NCBI GenBank assembly: GCA_965112735.1
Contig: OZ218950.1
Span: 5,704,001 to 5,768,000 of the forward strand
DNA from: Phaeosaccion multiseriatum
Taxonomy: Eukaryota > Protista > Ochrophyta, other classes
Length of the DNA stretch: 64,000 nucleotides
Direction of reading: 5' to 3'
Of the stretch, positions 25,878 to 39,665 are shown piece after piece. The notes under the pieces are model-generated. The model saw only the letters and a program-made list of their open reading frames with translations. It made no database searches and was not told the DNA's origin. The position numbers and the translations under genes are program-made. Each line of letters begins with the position of its first letter. Positions within the stretch are counted from its first letter, which is position 1.

Positions 25878-27650
25878 TGCGTGGGTGTGTGTGGGTGTGT
25901 GTGTGTGAGAGAGAGTGTGTGTGTGTGAGTGTGTGTGGGTGAGTAAGTGTGTATGTGCGTGTGTATGGGAGCAGCATCCCCCAGGAGTAGTTCAATCGTG
26001 CCCTCGTGGTAAGCTCTCTCCCTTCCTCCCCCCCCTCTCTCCTTCCCACCCTCCCCCTTAGCGCTCACCACACACATGCATGCCCTGCCCCTTACCTGAT
26101 TGTCCTGAATGATGCTCCCTGCAGCCAAGATCGTCTTTGGGTTCCTAGGGTCGTGTGTGAGACTGTTGCCCAAGAATTCAAAGGCCTTATTGTTCTCTCC
26201 CAGGCGAAGGTACACGAGGCCGATGGTCGTCAGCATCTCCGGATTCTCGGGCGAGAACTCTAGTGCTTCCTGGTACACGGCCAGCGCAGATCTGAGCAAG
26301 CACCCACCGCAAGTGGGGAGGGAGGGAGCGGGTGGGGGATGAGAGGGGGGGAAGACCGGCTCATAGTAAGACAAATAGCGCAAGTGGGTGCTTCCCTACG
26401 GGGATTGGGCGAGTGGTGCGAAAGAGGGAAGTTCCATCGACCAGAGATTCTGATGAATCTCAATGAAGCGACGACTCTGGAGTATCACACGATGGCAAAC
26501 GATCACGAGGGCCGAGGGAACACTTCCTCCGCCCTTTTTCACATGTCTCTCTCTGTCTTCCTCTCTTTCTCTGTCCCCCTGTCTCTCTCTCTCTGTCTCC
26601 CCCTCTCGCCCTCCTCTCTCACCCTCTCTCCCTCCCTCCCCACTCACTTGTAATCGTCCTTGAGCTGAAACACTTTGCCGAGCTGCATGAAAGTGGCGTC
26701 GTGCCTGGAGATGTTGTTGGCCGCTTCGAAGCTCTGCACGGCGGAGTCAAACTGCTTCAGGTACGTATAGCACAGCCCTGCACGATGCACACACACACAT
26801 ACACACAAATGGAGAATGGTAAAAGAGAGCCTCGGCCGCTCGCTTGGCAGATTGGAGCAGGAAAGCATACAGGCAACCCTGAATTCAGAATGCAGCCCCA
26901 AGATTTCCGTGCCAAAGGTGAGCACCCAAGCCGCAAGAGGTGTCGATGCTCACTCCCGTACCTTTGTTGTGCTCCACCTCCCAATCGTCTGGGTCGAGTT
27001 TGGCGGCTTCGTCGTACAGCTCAATGGCGTGCTTGTGCTTGCCCAGCAAGTACAGGCACCGCCCCACCTGCTTCAGGTTGGCCGTGTTGTGCGGGTTCAA
27101 GCATGTTGCAGCTTGGAAGAGGGCCAGCGAGTCCTGGATGCGCCCCTCTGTGCGCCGAATGAGAGCTGCACGTGTTTACAAGAGTGTGCGTTGCGCGTGT
27201 GAAGGCGTGAGGGTGGCGGTTTGGGAGTCGGCGCGATGAACCTTTCGAGGTCAGGTCAGGCCCCAACCTGCCACAGGGTCAAAGAAAGCTCTAGCTCCGC
27301 GAAAGCATGGTCACTATTGCGGCATGCTAGGAAGAGGAAGAGGTACTGAAATCGGGTGGGCAAGAAACGGTTCAGGAAAATCAATGACTGGCGCTGTTCT
27401 CCCCTGCCACCCCAGAAAATCTCTCCTCCTCCTCCTCCTTCTCCTCCTCCCGCCCCCCCCCCTCCTTTCCTGCCGAGCCGAAAGTGGACGCACCTTTCAC
27501 GTACAAGGCGTACTCGCATAGCCCCTCTGTCTCCTTCAGCCTTTTCTCGATGACCCTGAGGCACTCGTCGTACTCCTGCTGCACGAAGTGGTGGTGGATG
27601 AGCCAGTTGTCCTGCTCGCCGATCCCCACCTCCTCGCCAGCCTCGGACAT
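25183..27650 (-). CDS. BBS4: Bardet-Biedl syndrome 4 protein (BBSome TPR subunit)
   Basis: Exons 27650-27494, 27165-26962, 26777-26648, 26291-26096, 25827-25502 and 25399-25183. [53 protein letters not shown] and CLKRA.YL.PF.W are diagnostic. Confidence 0.95.
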
Positions 27651-27903
27651 TACCCCGCCGCTACTTCCCCGAGGTCTCCTCCTCCCTCGGCGTGTGATAT
27701 CCACCTTTGACCCCTATCCTACGCGTGCATCGCTTTCTTTTCTTCTCACACGTTACGGCCTGCTTTACGCTTTACTATTAGGCGAGGCAGGATGGCACCC
27801 GACTCACCTTTTTCTTGTGCGCAACAATCAAGCAGAAAGAAACGCTGCTCGATGTGTTGACAACCCATTCAATCCGCTAGAGACACCCCCAAGGCTGGCC
27901 GCA

Positions 27904-28449
27904 ATGTCCAACGCTTCTCTTGCCGCGACCAAAACCCACAGCATGCTGATGGGAAGTGTTTTGGACTTCCTGGGCGGGGGTGGAGGATGTGGAGGGCTTC
28001 CAGCGGAGCGTGGAGGCAAGAAGGACGAGCCAGGGGCAGCAAAAGCATTAGGAGGGGAGAAAAGAGAGCGTGTAGGAAGGGGGGAGTCGATCGCGGGGGG
28101 TGCCTCGTCGGAAAGATGCAACGGGGCAGGAGAGAGCAGCCCGGCGCAAGGGGAGGACCAGGGAGGGGAACATGGGAGTAAGGGAGGCGCAAGGATGCAG
28201 AGTAACGGGGTTGCTGAAACCAACCGAGAAGGAGGGGCGACAGAAGCGTCGCTGAGGAATGTAAGTAGTAGTTTAAAGAGGAAGATGGAGGAGTTCGAGA
28301 AGGATGGGGTAGCGGGGAGCTTGGCGCTCCTCGGCCTCGACCGCAAGAGGAGAAGGAAGCCGAGAGAGGAGGTGGCCGTAAAGGAAGAACGAAACGGGCG
28401 AACAAACGGGTACGCGCCCGGAGCAAGTGACAAGGAGGAAGGGGAGTAA
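27904..28449 (+). CDS. Hypothetical protein (Gly/charged-rich, NLS-like KRRRK)
   Basis: ATG-initiated ORF divergent from BBS4. No recognisable domain; may be spliced to downstream coding-looking sequence at ~28515-28675. Confidence 0.3.
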   Translation: MSNASLAATKTHSMLMGSVLDFLGGGGGCGGLPAERGGKKDEPGAAKALGGEKRERVGRGESIAGGASSERCNGAGESSPAQGEDQGGEHGSKGGARMQSNGVAETNREGGATEASLRNVSSSLKRKMEEFEKDGVAGSLALLGLDRKRRRKPREEVAVKEERNGRTNGYAPGASDKEEGE

Positions 28450-28664
28450 AGCCCCCCCCCTCTGTGTACATAGTACTTTCTGTAAAGCAGGGCGGATAGT
28501 CAGACGCGTCTGAGAAGGCATTGCTGCACTTCGCAACACGAAGGAAGACAAGAAGCTCACGGAGTACAACTCCAGTCTAGAATTGAAGCTCAGACATCTT
28601 ATTGAGCCACATGGCAAGAAGGTGTGGCCGTGCGTTGAGACGGCGACATCCGTAGTCTCCAAGC

Positions 28665-30255
28665 TCAAAATATGATGGCTCTTTTGTCCCGTTTCTTCTG
28701 CTTTTTCCTGGCCTTCTGTGGAAGACACGGATGGTCGGCACGTTCCCCCTCCCCATTGTGAACCTGTTCTGCCCCTCTCTGAAGCTGCTCCTTCGCTTCC
28801 TCGCGGCCCTCTCCTCCTCCTCCTTCTCCTCCTCCTCCGGGCCTCACCCCGGTCTCATCAGCCCCGCTGTCATCCTCGCAGCTTCCCCCCCCCCCCTCCT
28901 CTGCGACCGCGGCCTGTTCTCTTGTGCTTTTGTGTCTGCCCTGCTCTCTCTGACGAGCCAGCGCCTCCATAGCAACTCGAACCTCTTTCGAGCGTAGCAG
29001 CGCTTCTACATCTGCTCTTGGCGCCAGCTGCATCTGCGGCACTCCTTCCCCTCCCTCCCCTCCTCCTCCTGCAGCAGCATTGGCAGCCGCAGCAGCAGCA
29101 GCAGCAGCCATGGATTCCTTGGCTTGCTGCAGCACCCGCAACAATTCGAGCTGCCCCACCGGCTGCGCCACCACCGCCACCGTGCCACCTTCCCGGGCCT
29201 GCCGTTGCAACATGCCCTCCAAGCCTGCGCCGCGGCGGAAGCTCCCCTTGGCAAGCTCGACACTGAGCGGTGCCTCCCTAAGAGCCCGCAGGGCAGCATC
29301 GACGCCACCCTCCCTCTCGCGCTGCAGCCTGGAAGCCCTCTCGCCCCTCAAGTACTCGTCCCCAGGCTCGGGCGCTGTCCTACCCGCTCCTTCCCGTTCT
29401 TGTTCTTCTTGGCGTCCGGCAGTGGTAGCAGCAACTGCATCAGCAGCAAGTGCCGCCGCCTCGGAAGCATCAGTACCCACACCAGTGCTCCCCCCCAGCC
29501 CGCCCGTCGTCCTGCCCTCCTCTGCGGCCAGTCTACTGAGCGCTGCATCAATGTCTGCAAGGCGCTGTTCATCCTCGGGTCCCGGTCCATACCGCGCCAT
29601 CTCCGCCCAGACACCTTGCGGAGACGACGGCTCCTGGTTCCCATTGCCGCCTGCGCCTCCTGCCCCCCCACTGCTGCCTGCCCCTCCTTCGTCGTCTGCC
29701 AGCAGCCGGGCGATGAAGGCCTCTTGCTCCTCGCTGCATCTCCTCCGTCCTGTCGCGGCGGCCTCGACATTCTCAGCCAAAAAGTCGCGCTTCTGTGTCT
29801 CGCTACCGCGGTTGCTTGCAGGGGCATCCCCTCTTACCGTCGATGGCGATGAGGACGACGCCACCGACGCTTGGCTCTGATCACACTTTCTTCGGCGACC
29901 TTCGGGCCCTCCCCGAGCCCTATCTTTTCTGCTTCGCTTACTGTTGCTCCTGCTCCTACTGTTGCTGCTGCTACTCCCACGGGCCCTCTCCCCATCCCCA
30001 TCTCCATCCAGGCTCTTCTCGGACGCCTGGGACGCCAAGCCTGACCCTCGCTTCTCCCCAAAGCGCTGCGTCAAGAAAGCCCTCCCGCTGCTGTCCTTGG
30101 TGTCCGAGCTTCGCTGGCTCGTCGCACTACTCCTCGCACTCGCCGTGCTATGCACGCTGCCCACACTGCGAGCACTGCGGGCGGAGGGGAGGCCCTCTTC
30201 TATTGCCCGCTCATCCGCCTCACGCTGCCGCCGCCCCTGCTGACTCTGCTCAGAA

Positions 30256-30287
<32 letters not shown>

Positions 30288-31888
30288 ATGATGATCATCA
30301 TCATCATACTCTTCTTCCCCTCCCCCCCCTTGGCTAAAGGCCGAGCGTGCGTCTGTCAAGGCTTCCGAGCTGGCGTACAGATCTGAGTCCGCAATGGACC
30401 TCGGCGATGCCCGGCCTGCTGCTGTGCCCCCCGACCTAGCCTTTGCTCGACCAGTGCTTGTACCTGTACTCCGGCTTGAGGCCTTGGACTCGAACTCTCT
30501 CTCGGCTGCTGCCGCTCCTGCTGCTGCCGCTGCTTCTCTCGCTTCGCCTGCTGCTGCTGCTGCTGCTGCTGCTGCCACTGCGGATGCCCTCACATTCCGC
30601 AGGCGTTCCGTCTTCCTAGCTAGCTTAAAGTCAAGCTCTCTGATCTTGGCCAAGCCCAGCCTGAGCTTCTCCTCGTCCGTCTGCTCATCCACGAACATGC
30701 CCTTGTACCGTGCATACGGCCCCATGCGATCGATACCCTCTTGTAGCAGATACCTTGCCCAAGGGGCAGGAGGGGCTTTGGCCTCTCCCTCCCCCTCCTG
30801 CGCCTCGTCCTGCTGGTGCTGATGCTTGCCTCTTTTCCGGTGCCGGGCCTGCGTCTCCCGCGGTCTCTGTTGCCCATCTTGCTGCTGCTGCTCTTTGCTG
30901 TCTCCTGCTTCGTCAACGGCTCCTGTGTCGTCCGCAGCGATGTCCTCCCTTCCCATCATAGAGACGATGTGATCAAACCGCTGAGGAAAGAGGACTGTCT
31001 TCTCGCCCTCCTCGTCCACTCTGTCCTTCACGCCCGCTAGGTACGTGCTGAGCTCGCCCCTCAAGACTGCCGACTCTTGATCGGCCGACAGGGCTTCTGC
31101 AAGCAAGGACGCCAGAGCGTCTCGGCCAGAGGGCAGGCCTTCTTCTTGGGACGGAGCAGGAGCGGTGGGACTAGAATGAGCGGAGGGTACGGGAAGTGGG
31201 GGTGGTGTTGGCGGCTGTCCATACTGCTCCTGCTGCTCCGGGTGAGGCTGTTTCTCCTGCTCCCGCCGCCGCCGCCGTCGCCCCTGCTGCCGCCGCCCCT
31301 GCTGCTTAAGTAGAGGCGACTGTATTCGTTCTACACCACCCGTGTGCAGCGGAGCCAATGCACTATCCATTTCCGCCTTCCTCACCCCACTCCCTACGCT
31401 CCCTTCGTTACGTTGGCATTCGTGCCCCTCCTCTTTCCCCCAGACGGTGCGCTCTGCCGCTTCCATGGCGTGAGCTTCCTCAGCCTCGTAGTCGCGATCG
31501 AAGTCGGCAGGAGGAGCTCGTGCCCGTCGCCTGCTTTGGCTCTCTCCATCTCTGCTGCTCGCCCGAGTCACTGGGTGCTGATCGCAATCTTGCAAGTGGT
31601 CCATAAAGAAAGTCTCTTCTTCCTTCTGTTGCTGGCGACCTCGGCTCGGCACTCGCACCACGACCCTACCACTGCTGCTGCTCCCGGTGCTACGTGCACT
31701 TCCGCAGCGAGAGGAGGAGCTGGTCCAGCTGGAGAGCATCGGGAGGAGAGGAGGAGGAGGGGGGGGGGGATCATAACAGTTACGAGGATTGTGCGACTCA
31801 CGCTCCTTCCCTTCCCCTCCACGCTTTGTCGAACGTACCTAGAGCTCGAGAGAGGCCGCTCTCCATCGTCTCGGGGGAGCACTTCCAT
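28665..31888 (-). CDS. FSIP1-like (fibrous sheath-interacting protein 1 family) low-complexity protein
   Basis: ~1000-codon open exon plus a probable short first exon at 31888-31838. Blocks LGLAKIRELDFKL, KRDFLAENVEAA, EQRLADIDAAL and PGDEYLR...VDAAL occur in the order I recall for FSIP1 conserved blocks. Confidence 0.65.
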
Positions 31889-32308
31889 TCCTACCGATTC
31901 ACACCGCAAGCAAGGCGCAGGGTTTGATCAGTCGAAACTGCGACCTAAAAGTAAACAGAAGAGAAATGTATATCCCCCCGGGGACGTCCACAACACCCCC
32001 TCCCTGACACAAGAACGCTGCGCAGCTCGCAAGGAGCAGCAGTAGCAAGCGTTATATATCGAAGATATCAGGAGAAGCAAGCGAAGCTTCACGCATAGGC
32101 GTCTTTTTCTCTTTTTGTGACGCCGATCTCTAATTCACCGAGTTGTAATAATTTGGGCCCCCCCCCGTTGGCTCGTCGGGGAGCTGGTGCAGCGCCGCAG
32201 AGGTCTTGGACGCGGTGGGGATTGTAGTGGTGGGAAAGGAAGACAAGGGAGTGCGGATTTCATCTGCGTGTTACTGGTTTTGGGGGCGGGTCCGAGTGTT
32301 CTGAGGAA

Positions 32309-35300
32309 ATGTCGGACACGACTACAGCGTCAGATGCCGAGGAGGATGTGCTCTGCAAGAGCGACCTCGGCATGCAGTATGAGGATGCCGTGCGGCTGAA
32401 CCCCGAGCTGGATTTTCACTGGGTCATCAACTACGACGAGAACGACGCCCCGAGCGAGCTGGACGCAGCTCTGGTGTTTCGGGGGGATGGTTGGGTGGCG
32501 TGGGCGTTGGCGGCGTCAGACGGTGCAGGGGCCATGGTTGGGGCAGATGCCATCATCGGGGTGCCGGGAGAAGACGTGGCGGCTTACACGCTCCTTGAGC
32601 AGGATGAAAACGTCACTAAAGCCCTCGTGAGGAGAAATAGCGTGGGTGAGGGGTCGCTCACGCGAGGGACGATTGATCAGGTATTGTACAGTAAAGGCAG
32701 CAGGTAGAACGTGTGAAGGAGTCGATACAGACGTTGGCGGGCTACCCTTTCGAGGAAAGAGAAGAGAAGATGGAGGTCCTAAGAGGTCCTCCAATGCCCC
32801 CCCCCCCGGTCCAGCTCGTGCGACTAACTGCAGCTGATTTGCTGCTGCCTCTCTTTGTGTGTTGGCTCTCTCCCCGTGTGCTTGTCTCTCTCCGCGCCCT
32901 CCAGAGGGTAGAAGACGGCGAGACGATCACAATGCTCATGTTCGCGAGGGAGCTCCAGGCGCCGGCGGGCTTTGGCTTGAACATGAGTGTCACCAACGTG
33001 TCGCAGGTGCGTTGGTTTCCATTTTTTATAAGGGGGGGGAGGGTGCTTCTCTTCCAGCACAACACACTTCTCTCTCTCACACACACTACCATGCATACAT
33101 AGCTTACTCGCTTGCTTGCCTCCTCCGGTACCCTTCGCCTTCCGGTACCCCTTCCTCCTTCCACTTGCCTGACTCTGACGAATCCAGCTGATGTTGCACG
33201 CAAGTGGAGGCACCAACCTGAGCTACCACGGCGAGAGCAACAGAGGCGTCTTGAATCTTCCGCTCCTCGATCGCCAGTGCCGCAACGTAACCTCCGGGGG
33301 CCAAGACCCCAACGAGCCCATCAATCCAGAGGTGCGCACGTGTAGGGACGCATGGCGCTGCAGCTCCTCCCACCTCCCTGTCCCCTCCTTGGGACCTTTC
33401 CCCCTTTGCTCTGTCTGTATCGTCCGACTTGCTCACCCCGCTCTGTGTTGGGTACTTTGTCGTCGTCTTCCCCCCCCCGGCCCCCCCCCCCTCTCTCTCA
33501 CTCTATCTCTCCCTCTTTCTCTCCTCTCGCAGCTGCCTCTTCAAAGCCCGGACCCAAACTACGAGTGGACAGTCGGGTAAGAGCTCGTGCTTGCGTGTTT
33601 GTGTGACTGGGAGGAGAGAGAGCTGAAGGAGGGGTGTATGTTTGTTCGGGGGTGCGTGTGATGGAGACCTCCGAGAGTCAACTGTGATGGGAGGATGAAC
33701 GTAATTCGTACTTCTACAACTTTTACTGCACACAGCGACCGACGCGCCCGCCCTGCCTCTATGGCAAGTTGCACTGAGGTGGTTCGTTGCTCTTTACTTG
33801 CCCGTTGCGTGCCCCCCCCTGGTTCCTCCTTTCACCTGTTCCGTTCCAGTGTTGGGCTGCTGGGCCAGTTCATGTGGCGGGTAGATGAGGACACAGGCAC
33901 CTTTTATGGGCGTTTCGAGGGTGAGTGAGTGAGTGACTAAGCCACAAAAGATGTTGTATGGTACCTTAGTTGTCGTGCCTGTGCCCGACGCCCCCCTCCT
34001 CCTTCCACACTCCTCACTCTGGCCCGTTGCCTCATGCTACCCCCCCCTCCCTACCCTGCCCTGCCCTGCCCTACCGCCTGCTGCCTCTTACAGTGTCGGT
34101 GTCACCTGATCCGGGCTGGCTCGGCTTCGGAGTGGCCAGGGCGAATGGCGACAGCTCTTTCAGTGACACAATCATTGGTGTGGCGTCACAGAACTCCATC
34201 CTGAACTACCAACTGTGGTAAGTAGCAATCTCTAACCTGAGACCCCTTGATCCGTGCAGTCCTTCCTCGTTCTGAGTAGATGGACGTCAGCAGCCTGAAT
34301 GTTCTTTGCATCTTTCTCCTTTTCGTACGTAACTGCAACCAGGGGCCTTGACATGGCCCAAGTGTTCCCCTCCCCGACGCAGTGGGTCGGCAACAACAGC
34401 ATTATCGAGGTGAGCAGTCCGGGAGGCGAGTGATGTGGTGGTGTCATGGTGGTACCATGTGGATCCGTACCGTGAACAAGGTGCTTGTAGGTCCATAGGT
34501 CATGGGCTCCCCTCGTGAGCGATGTTCCCTCACTACGGCTCCTTCATTGCCTTACTGCTGCCCCTTCATTGCCTTACTGCTCACGCACTGCAGAGCATCG
34601 GCACCAAGACAAGTATGATCTTCTCGCGGCCGCTGCAGAAGGCAGACGTTGCCAACAGTAGGGATATCGAGGGGGAAACCACCTTCATCTTCTCTGCGGG
34701 GCCAATTGACGAGGTACAGTCCCCGAACGTGCACGGGCACGAAGAGGGATGAATAGAGCGACATGCCCGAAGAGAGATGTATCATGCGATATTCCCTCCA
34801 AGAAGAGACACAGAGTGGATAGGAAAGGAGAGGAAAGAACGTTTATGGTCTTGTTGCGGAGTGCTGATCTAACTGGTAGCCACTGCACGGCCGCACTGCT
34901 CTCGGTCGGTGTCCCTCGTATACGCACAATGCAGGATGGTGCGCTGGAGCCGCATGAGGTTGGAGTGTACCATCAGGTCACGGTGGACGTTAACGGACCA
35001 CCCGTCTTTACTGAGGAGCCCACCACTGAGCCATATGTGCCGCCTACACCTGCTCCAGGTGAGAAGGGAAAGGAGAAGGAAGAGCAAGGAGAGAGGGGTT
35101 GTGTGTGTTGTGTGGTCAGAAGGGCTGTGTAGGTAGGGGGGCCAACGGCAGTGACACTCACTCACTCTCTTGTGTAAAATCAATCGTTCCTATCATTTCT
35201 GCTCCGTCCCTTGACCTTTGTGTGCCTTTGTCTCCTCTCACGCCTTTTTACTCCTTCCTTCCTTGTTTGCCTCCTTCCTTCCTCGCTTATTTCCTTCCTT

Positions 35301-35848
35301 ACGTCCTTCCTACCTTCCTCCCTTCCTCCCTCCCTCCCTCCCTCTCCTTCTCCCCTCTCCGCCCTTCCTTCATTCATTCCGTCCTTCCCTCCTTCCTGCT
35401 CTGTAGTGGACGAGACACAGGTCCTCTCTCAACAGTGCCGTGAGAGCGAGGAGGAGGGCTTTGAATTCTTCGAGCAGCTGGACAGCGATGGCGACGTCTT
35501 CTTCCACTGGACAGCGTATTACAACGAGACCAACTTGCCAAGAGGAGTGGACTATATACACGCTAAGCTGGTGGTGAAGAATGAGGATGGTCTCGGGTGG
35601 ATTGCGTGGGGGGTCAACGACGAGGCGGCCATGATCGGAGGGGATGCCGTAGTGGGATCGCTGGACGACGGTACGTAAGCGAGGATTGTGATTGTGACGC
35701 ACCTCGAGAGTGTGTACATCGATATGATCGATGCTACATGTCGAGATCATGGTCAAACAGACTAGAATGTAAATGCCAAACGCCAAAGGTGTGCAGCGCT
35801 CTTTGCTTTCATCTCTGACCCCGACCCGCTTCGTGTCGTGCTATGTAC

Positions 35849-35906
<58 letters not shown>

Positions 35907-36954
35907 TCAGGGAGGGTCTCTTTCTACAACCTCAACAGCTACACGGTCTTGGGAGGAGGCGTTACCCGGCGCTCCTTCGTGGAGACGGAGTTGCAAGAGC
36001 ATGTGAGTTTTCCTTTCCTTTCCGTCCTCGTCTCGGGGCACTAAGTATGCGAAAGAGGCCTGATTTGCCCAGCGTTTGCCATTACTGATTTGTGTGAATG
36101 CGGTGGGTGAGTTTGATGCAACTTTTCCCCTCAACTCCTTTCTCCTCTCTTTCTTGTGTCTGTTCTTGTCTCACTTGGATGGTTTGAACTTCCACTCACC
36201 ATCCACTGCACGGTCCTTCCCCTCTCTGGTCTGTTGTGGAGCAGCTGTGGTCGACGAGCGTTTCGTCCGGAGAGCGAGAGACCAGCCTGGAGTTTGCAAG
36301 GGAGCTAACAGACTCCACCGGTGAAGGCGTGAACATGCAGAGGGGGGAGAATTTCTTTCTTTGGGCCTACGGCAACGGAGACCTCAGCTACCACGGAAGC
36401 AATCGCAACCTCATTGTGGTTAACTTGCACACGTGCGCGAAGGAGGTGGCGCTGGAGCAGTCCAGCCTGGCCTACTCTCACGGCTGGATCATGGCGGTGA
36501 GTGAAGAACGATGGTCTGAACACCCTCTTTTTCCCTTCCATCTGTATGCACTGACGGAGTTCATCCATCCATCGATCCATCCATCTCTCTCTCTGGACGT
36601 GTTTGCGGCGAGCGAGAGCAAAACTCACATCACACCCTCGCTCTGTCTTTATCCACCCTTTGATCCTGCCATTCATTGACGTGACACATTGCAGGTTGCC
36701 TATGCCATGGTCATGCCTCTGGGGATGATGATGTCTCGTTACGGAAAGGCCCGCAGTAGCTGCTGGCTGGTGGTGCACATCTGTCTACAGGTCCTTGGCG
36801 TGTTGCTGGCCGCAGGGGGGCTGGGTGTGGCGGTTCGGTTCGTGGATGCTGTGCTGGCGGGAAGGCACTTTGACAGCGACCACGGCAGGCAGGGTATCTT
36901 GGTGGTGATTTTGTCTTTCATTCAGGTGAGTGAGATTGAAGCGGAGCGGAGGAC

Positions 36955-37000
<46 letters not shown>

Positions 37001-37734
37001 CGGCGTGTCTCTTGGCTGCGTACCTGAGACACCATTTAGCTCACTGGACACGTAGGGACACCATTTAGCTCACTGTTGAGCGACCCTGCATGGAGACTCT
37101 GTCGTTGCCCCCCCCTCCTCCTTCTTCTACCACCTAAAGAGGGAGGGCATTCCTCTCACTCTCTCTCCCTCCTGCGGCTGTTGTCTACAGTTGTGGTTGG
37201 GCTCCTCCCGGCCGCCTGCCCCGAGTGGGCGATGGGAGAACAAGTCGAAGCGAAGGTGGATCTGGGAGTACTGCCACAAGGCCCTTGCCCTCGTCATCCT
37301 CGTCTTTGGTGTTGTGCAGGTACGTGTGTGTGTGCGTGTGTGTGTGCGTGCGTGCGTGCATTCCCAGTGTGGGGCGAACGGGCACAACAAGGCAGAAGAC
37401 AAGCAAACCTTGAGACATATGCTTACCTCGCAAGGTCTGTTTAAGTGTGTTTTGTGTATTGCGTTTTGTAATCCCCTCCTTTTCCATGTGTACCGCACCT
37501 GCATCCCCGCCCTCCCCTTAGATCTTCAACGGTATCAAGCAGCTCGAGGAGTTCTCGAGCTCTGCCCGGCCGTCCGCCTGGTCTAACGCCTTCCTGGCCT
37601 ACATTCTGGCCTGCTGTGCAGCTGCGCTCATCCTGGAGTGCAACTCTCTGCGCAGAAACGGAGTCAAGCTGCATCGGGAGCCGCGGACGGATGAGCTGTA
37701 CCCGCAAATGTCAGGTGTCCCACAGGGCGGGTAG
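32309..37734 (+). CDS. Cytochrome b561 with three N-terminal DOMON domains (CYBDOM / ferric-chelate reductase-like)
   Basis: Three DOMON signatures (FHW...GWVAWAL...AMVGADAIIG; GWLGFGV...SDTIIG; GWIAWGV...MIGGDAVVG...LSYHG), then b561 His motifs HGWIM, WLVVHICLQ, HGRQG and WEYCHK with TM helices; stop at 37732-37734. Confidence 0.88.
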
Positions 37735-38640
37735 ATGGCGGGCGAGGCGGCCACGGGACACCATCGCATGCTTGTTTGTGTTTTGTCGCGTCCGCTCTGC
37801 CGGACTAGGTTGGAAGTCTTGGGCTTTTCGGCGCAAGAGGGAGGTGGGAGGGAGGGAGGGAGGAATGTGTATCGAGGAGGAAGAGCCGGAAGCTTGCTTG
37901 AGATAACTGTCTTTTATTAGTGATAGAACAGGTAGATCGGGGCCTTTTTTCGAGCTACCGGGACGTTGTACAAAAAACACAGCACTAATATGTGTATATA
38001 TATATATATACACGAGAGAGTGATATCAACCGCTCCTTTCCTCTCCTCCCGACAAGAGAGCAGCAGGGGGGGGCGTTTAGTTTGGCACTGGAGTCTCCTT
38101 TCAAGCGGTCAGCTTCGCTAGTTGGTACTCGTACCTGCCCGCCAGCATGGTAGCATGGTCGAGGAGGACGGAGCTGTTTGCGGATGGCAACCGCTGGCAT
38201 TCACCTCCGCCCCAGAGCTTAGAAGAAGGAAAAGAAGAGCTTCACGTGCACCCCCCTCCTCCCCCCCCCCCTCTGTTGGACAAATGGCAGAGTGCCATAG
38301 CATAAGTGGAGGAGTGTGCTGTCCCTTTTCACCACTACCCCAAGTAGATGAGTATGGTGTCCCGTCGTCCACACAAGAGCACTTCCATTTCCTCTGGTGA
38401 TTCCACGACCGGCCCTTGGCATCGGCAGCATTTCAGTGCGATAAGGGAGCACGCTTTCTCTCGAGAGTAAGGGAAGCTCCGGTAAATCAGCCCAGCAAGG
38501 TCTCTTCACGCCCAGTGTCGCCATCTGAAGAGGGTCGCAGATACACTTGGGTCTCCCTATCCGATCTCGCCAAGAGGTGGAAGCAGCAGCAGCTTCAATC
38601 GCAGCGACGTGACTGGGGACCTGGCGAGAAGCCCAGTCGC

Positions 38641-39212
38641 TCACCTGGCCGCATAGCGGTCCCGAATTTCCTGTCGCCGTCTCGCGGTGAGCACCTGAAC
38701 GCCCGTGGCTACTGTCATGAGGAGGCAGCCAGCCAAGATCACGCCCACATGCAGCCCCAAGCCGGAAAAGAAGAAGGCCCACGCCGCGGCAAAGGCCGAT
38801 TGACAGACGAGAATAGTAAAGCATGTCGCCTGGGGAAGAGGAGAGGAGAGATTGGCGATGCTAAGAGAGGGCGTCGCAGATCGACTTGATTCGTGGCTGC
38901 TTCTCTCACCTGGAAGCCCACTTTACTGGTCTTGTGATTGAAGATGCGTTGCCCTGTGAACGCCCCCATGCTCCCTCCGAAAAAAGCCATGTGATGGAGA
39001 GCAAGCTCTGCACGGGCGAGCACGATTCAATGTTTCCGTCATCAAAACGAAGGCAAAGGCGGGCACGAGAGAGAGAGAGATAGAGAGGACACACCTGATA
39101 TTCTCATCGTGCCGCGTAGGCAAAACCCCCTTGACACGAGCTTGTCATAGCCGTACACGGCAAACACCACTCCATTCCAGATAAGCAGGTGCGCAAAGGT
39201 CAAGAAGACCAT
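38641..39212 (-). CDS. DUF1294 (YsdA-like) membrane protein
   Basis: Exons 39212-39095, 39007-38910 and 38829-38641 give N.V.F..YGYDK...RISE.ALH.MA..GGS.GA..GQRIFNHKTSK..FQ. Confidence 0.85.
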
Positions 39213-39665
39213 ACAGCCCGCCGAACAAGAGAAAGCAGACTCCTGTTCGTTAGCAACGAGTCGTCCTCCCCACAAAGCCAGGCAGTTGCACACGGGACGT
39301 GATAGTTTGTGATGATCACCAAAGGGCTAGGATGTGACTTTGGAGGGTGGAGAAGTGGGAGGGGGGACGAGGGGGGGGAAGGGTTTGCCGCCGTCGGAGA
39401 GCCCGTTATCCGCTTCTTAGCTCTCTTACTCTCCTTCTCTCCCGCCCTCTCTCTCCCCTCGACTTAGGGTATGGGAGCGTTCCGGCCCTAAAGCAGTCAC
39501 AAATCACTCTTGCGAGCCGAAACCTGTGCTAGGGGCTGCTGATTCCTTTTGTCTACCCACCCAACCCCTTTCATTAGCTGTGCCTGCCTTTCTCCCTCGC
39601 TCGCTTCTCGTGGCCCAGGGAACATCATTTCTCATGAAGATCCTGAGTGGATGGTAGAGGCGGCA

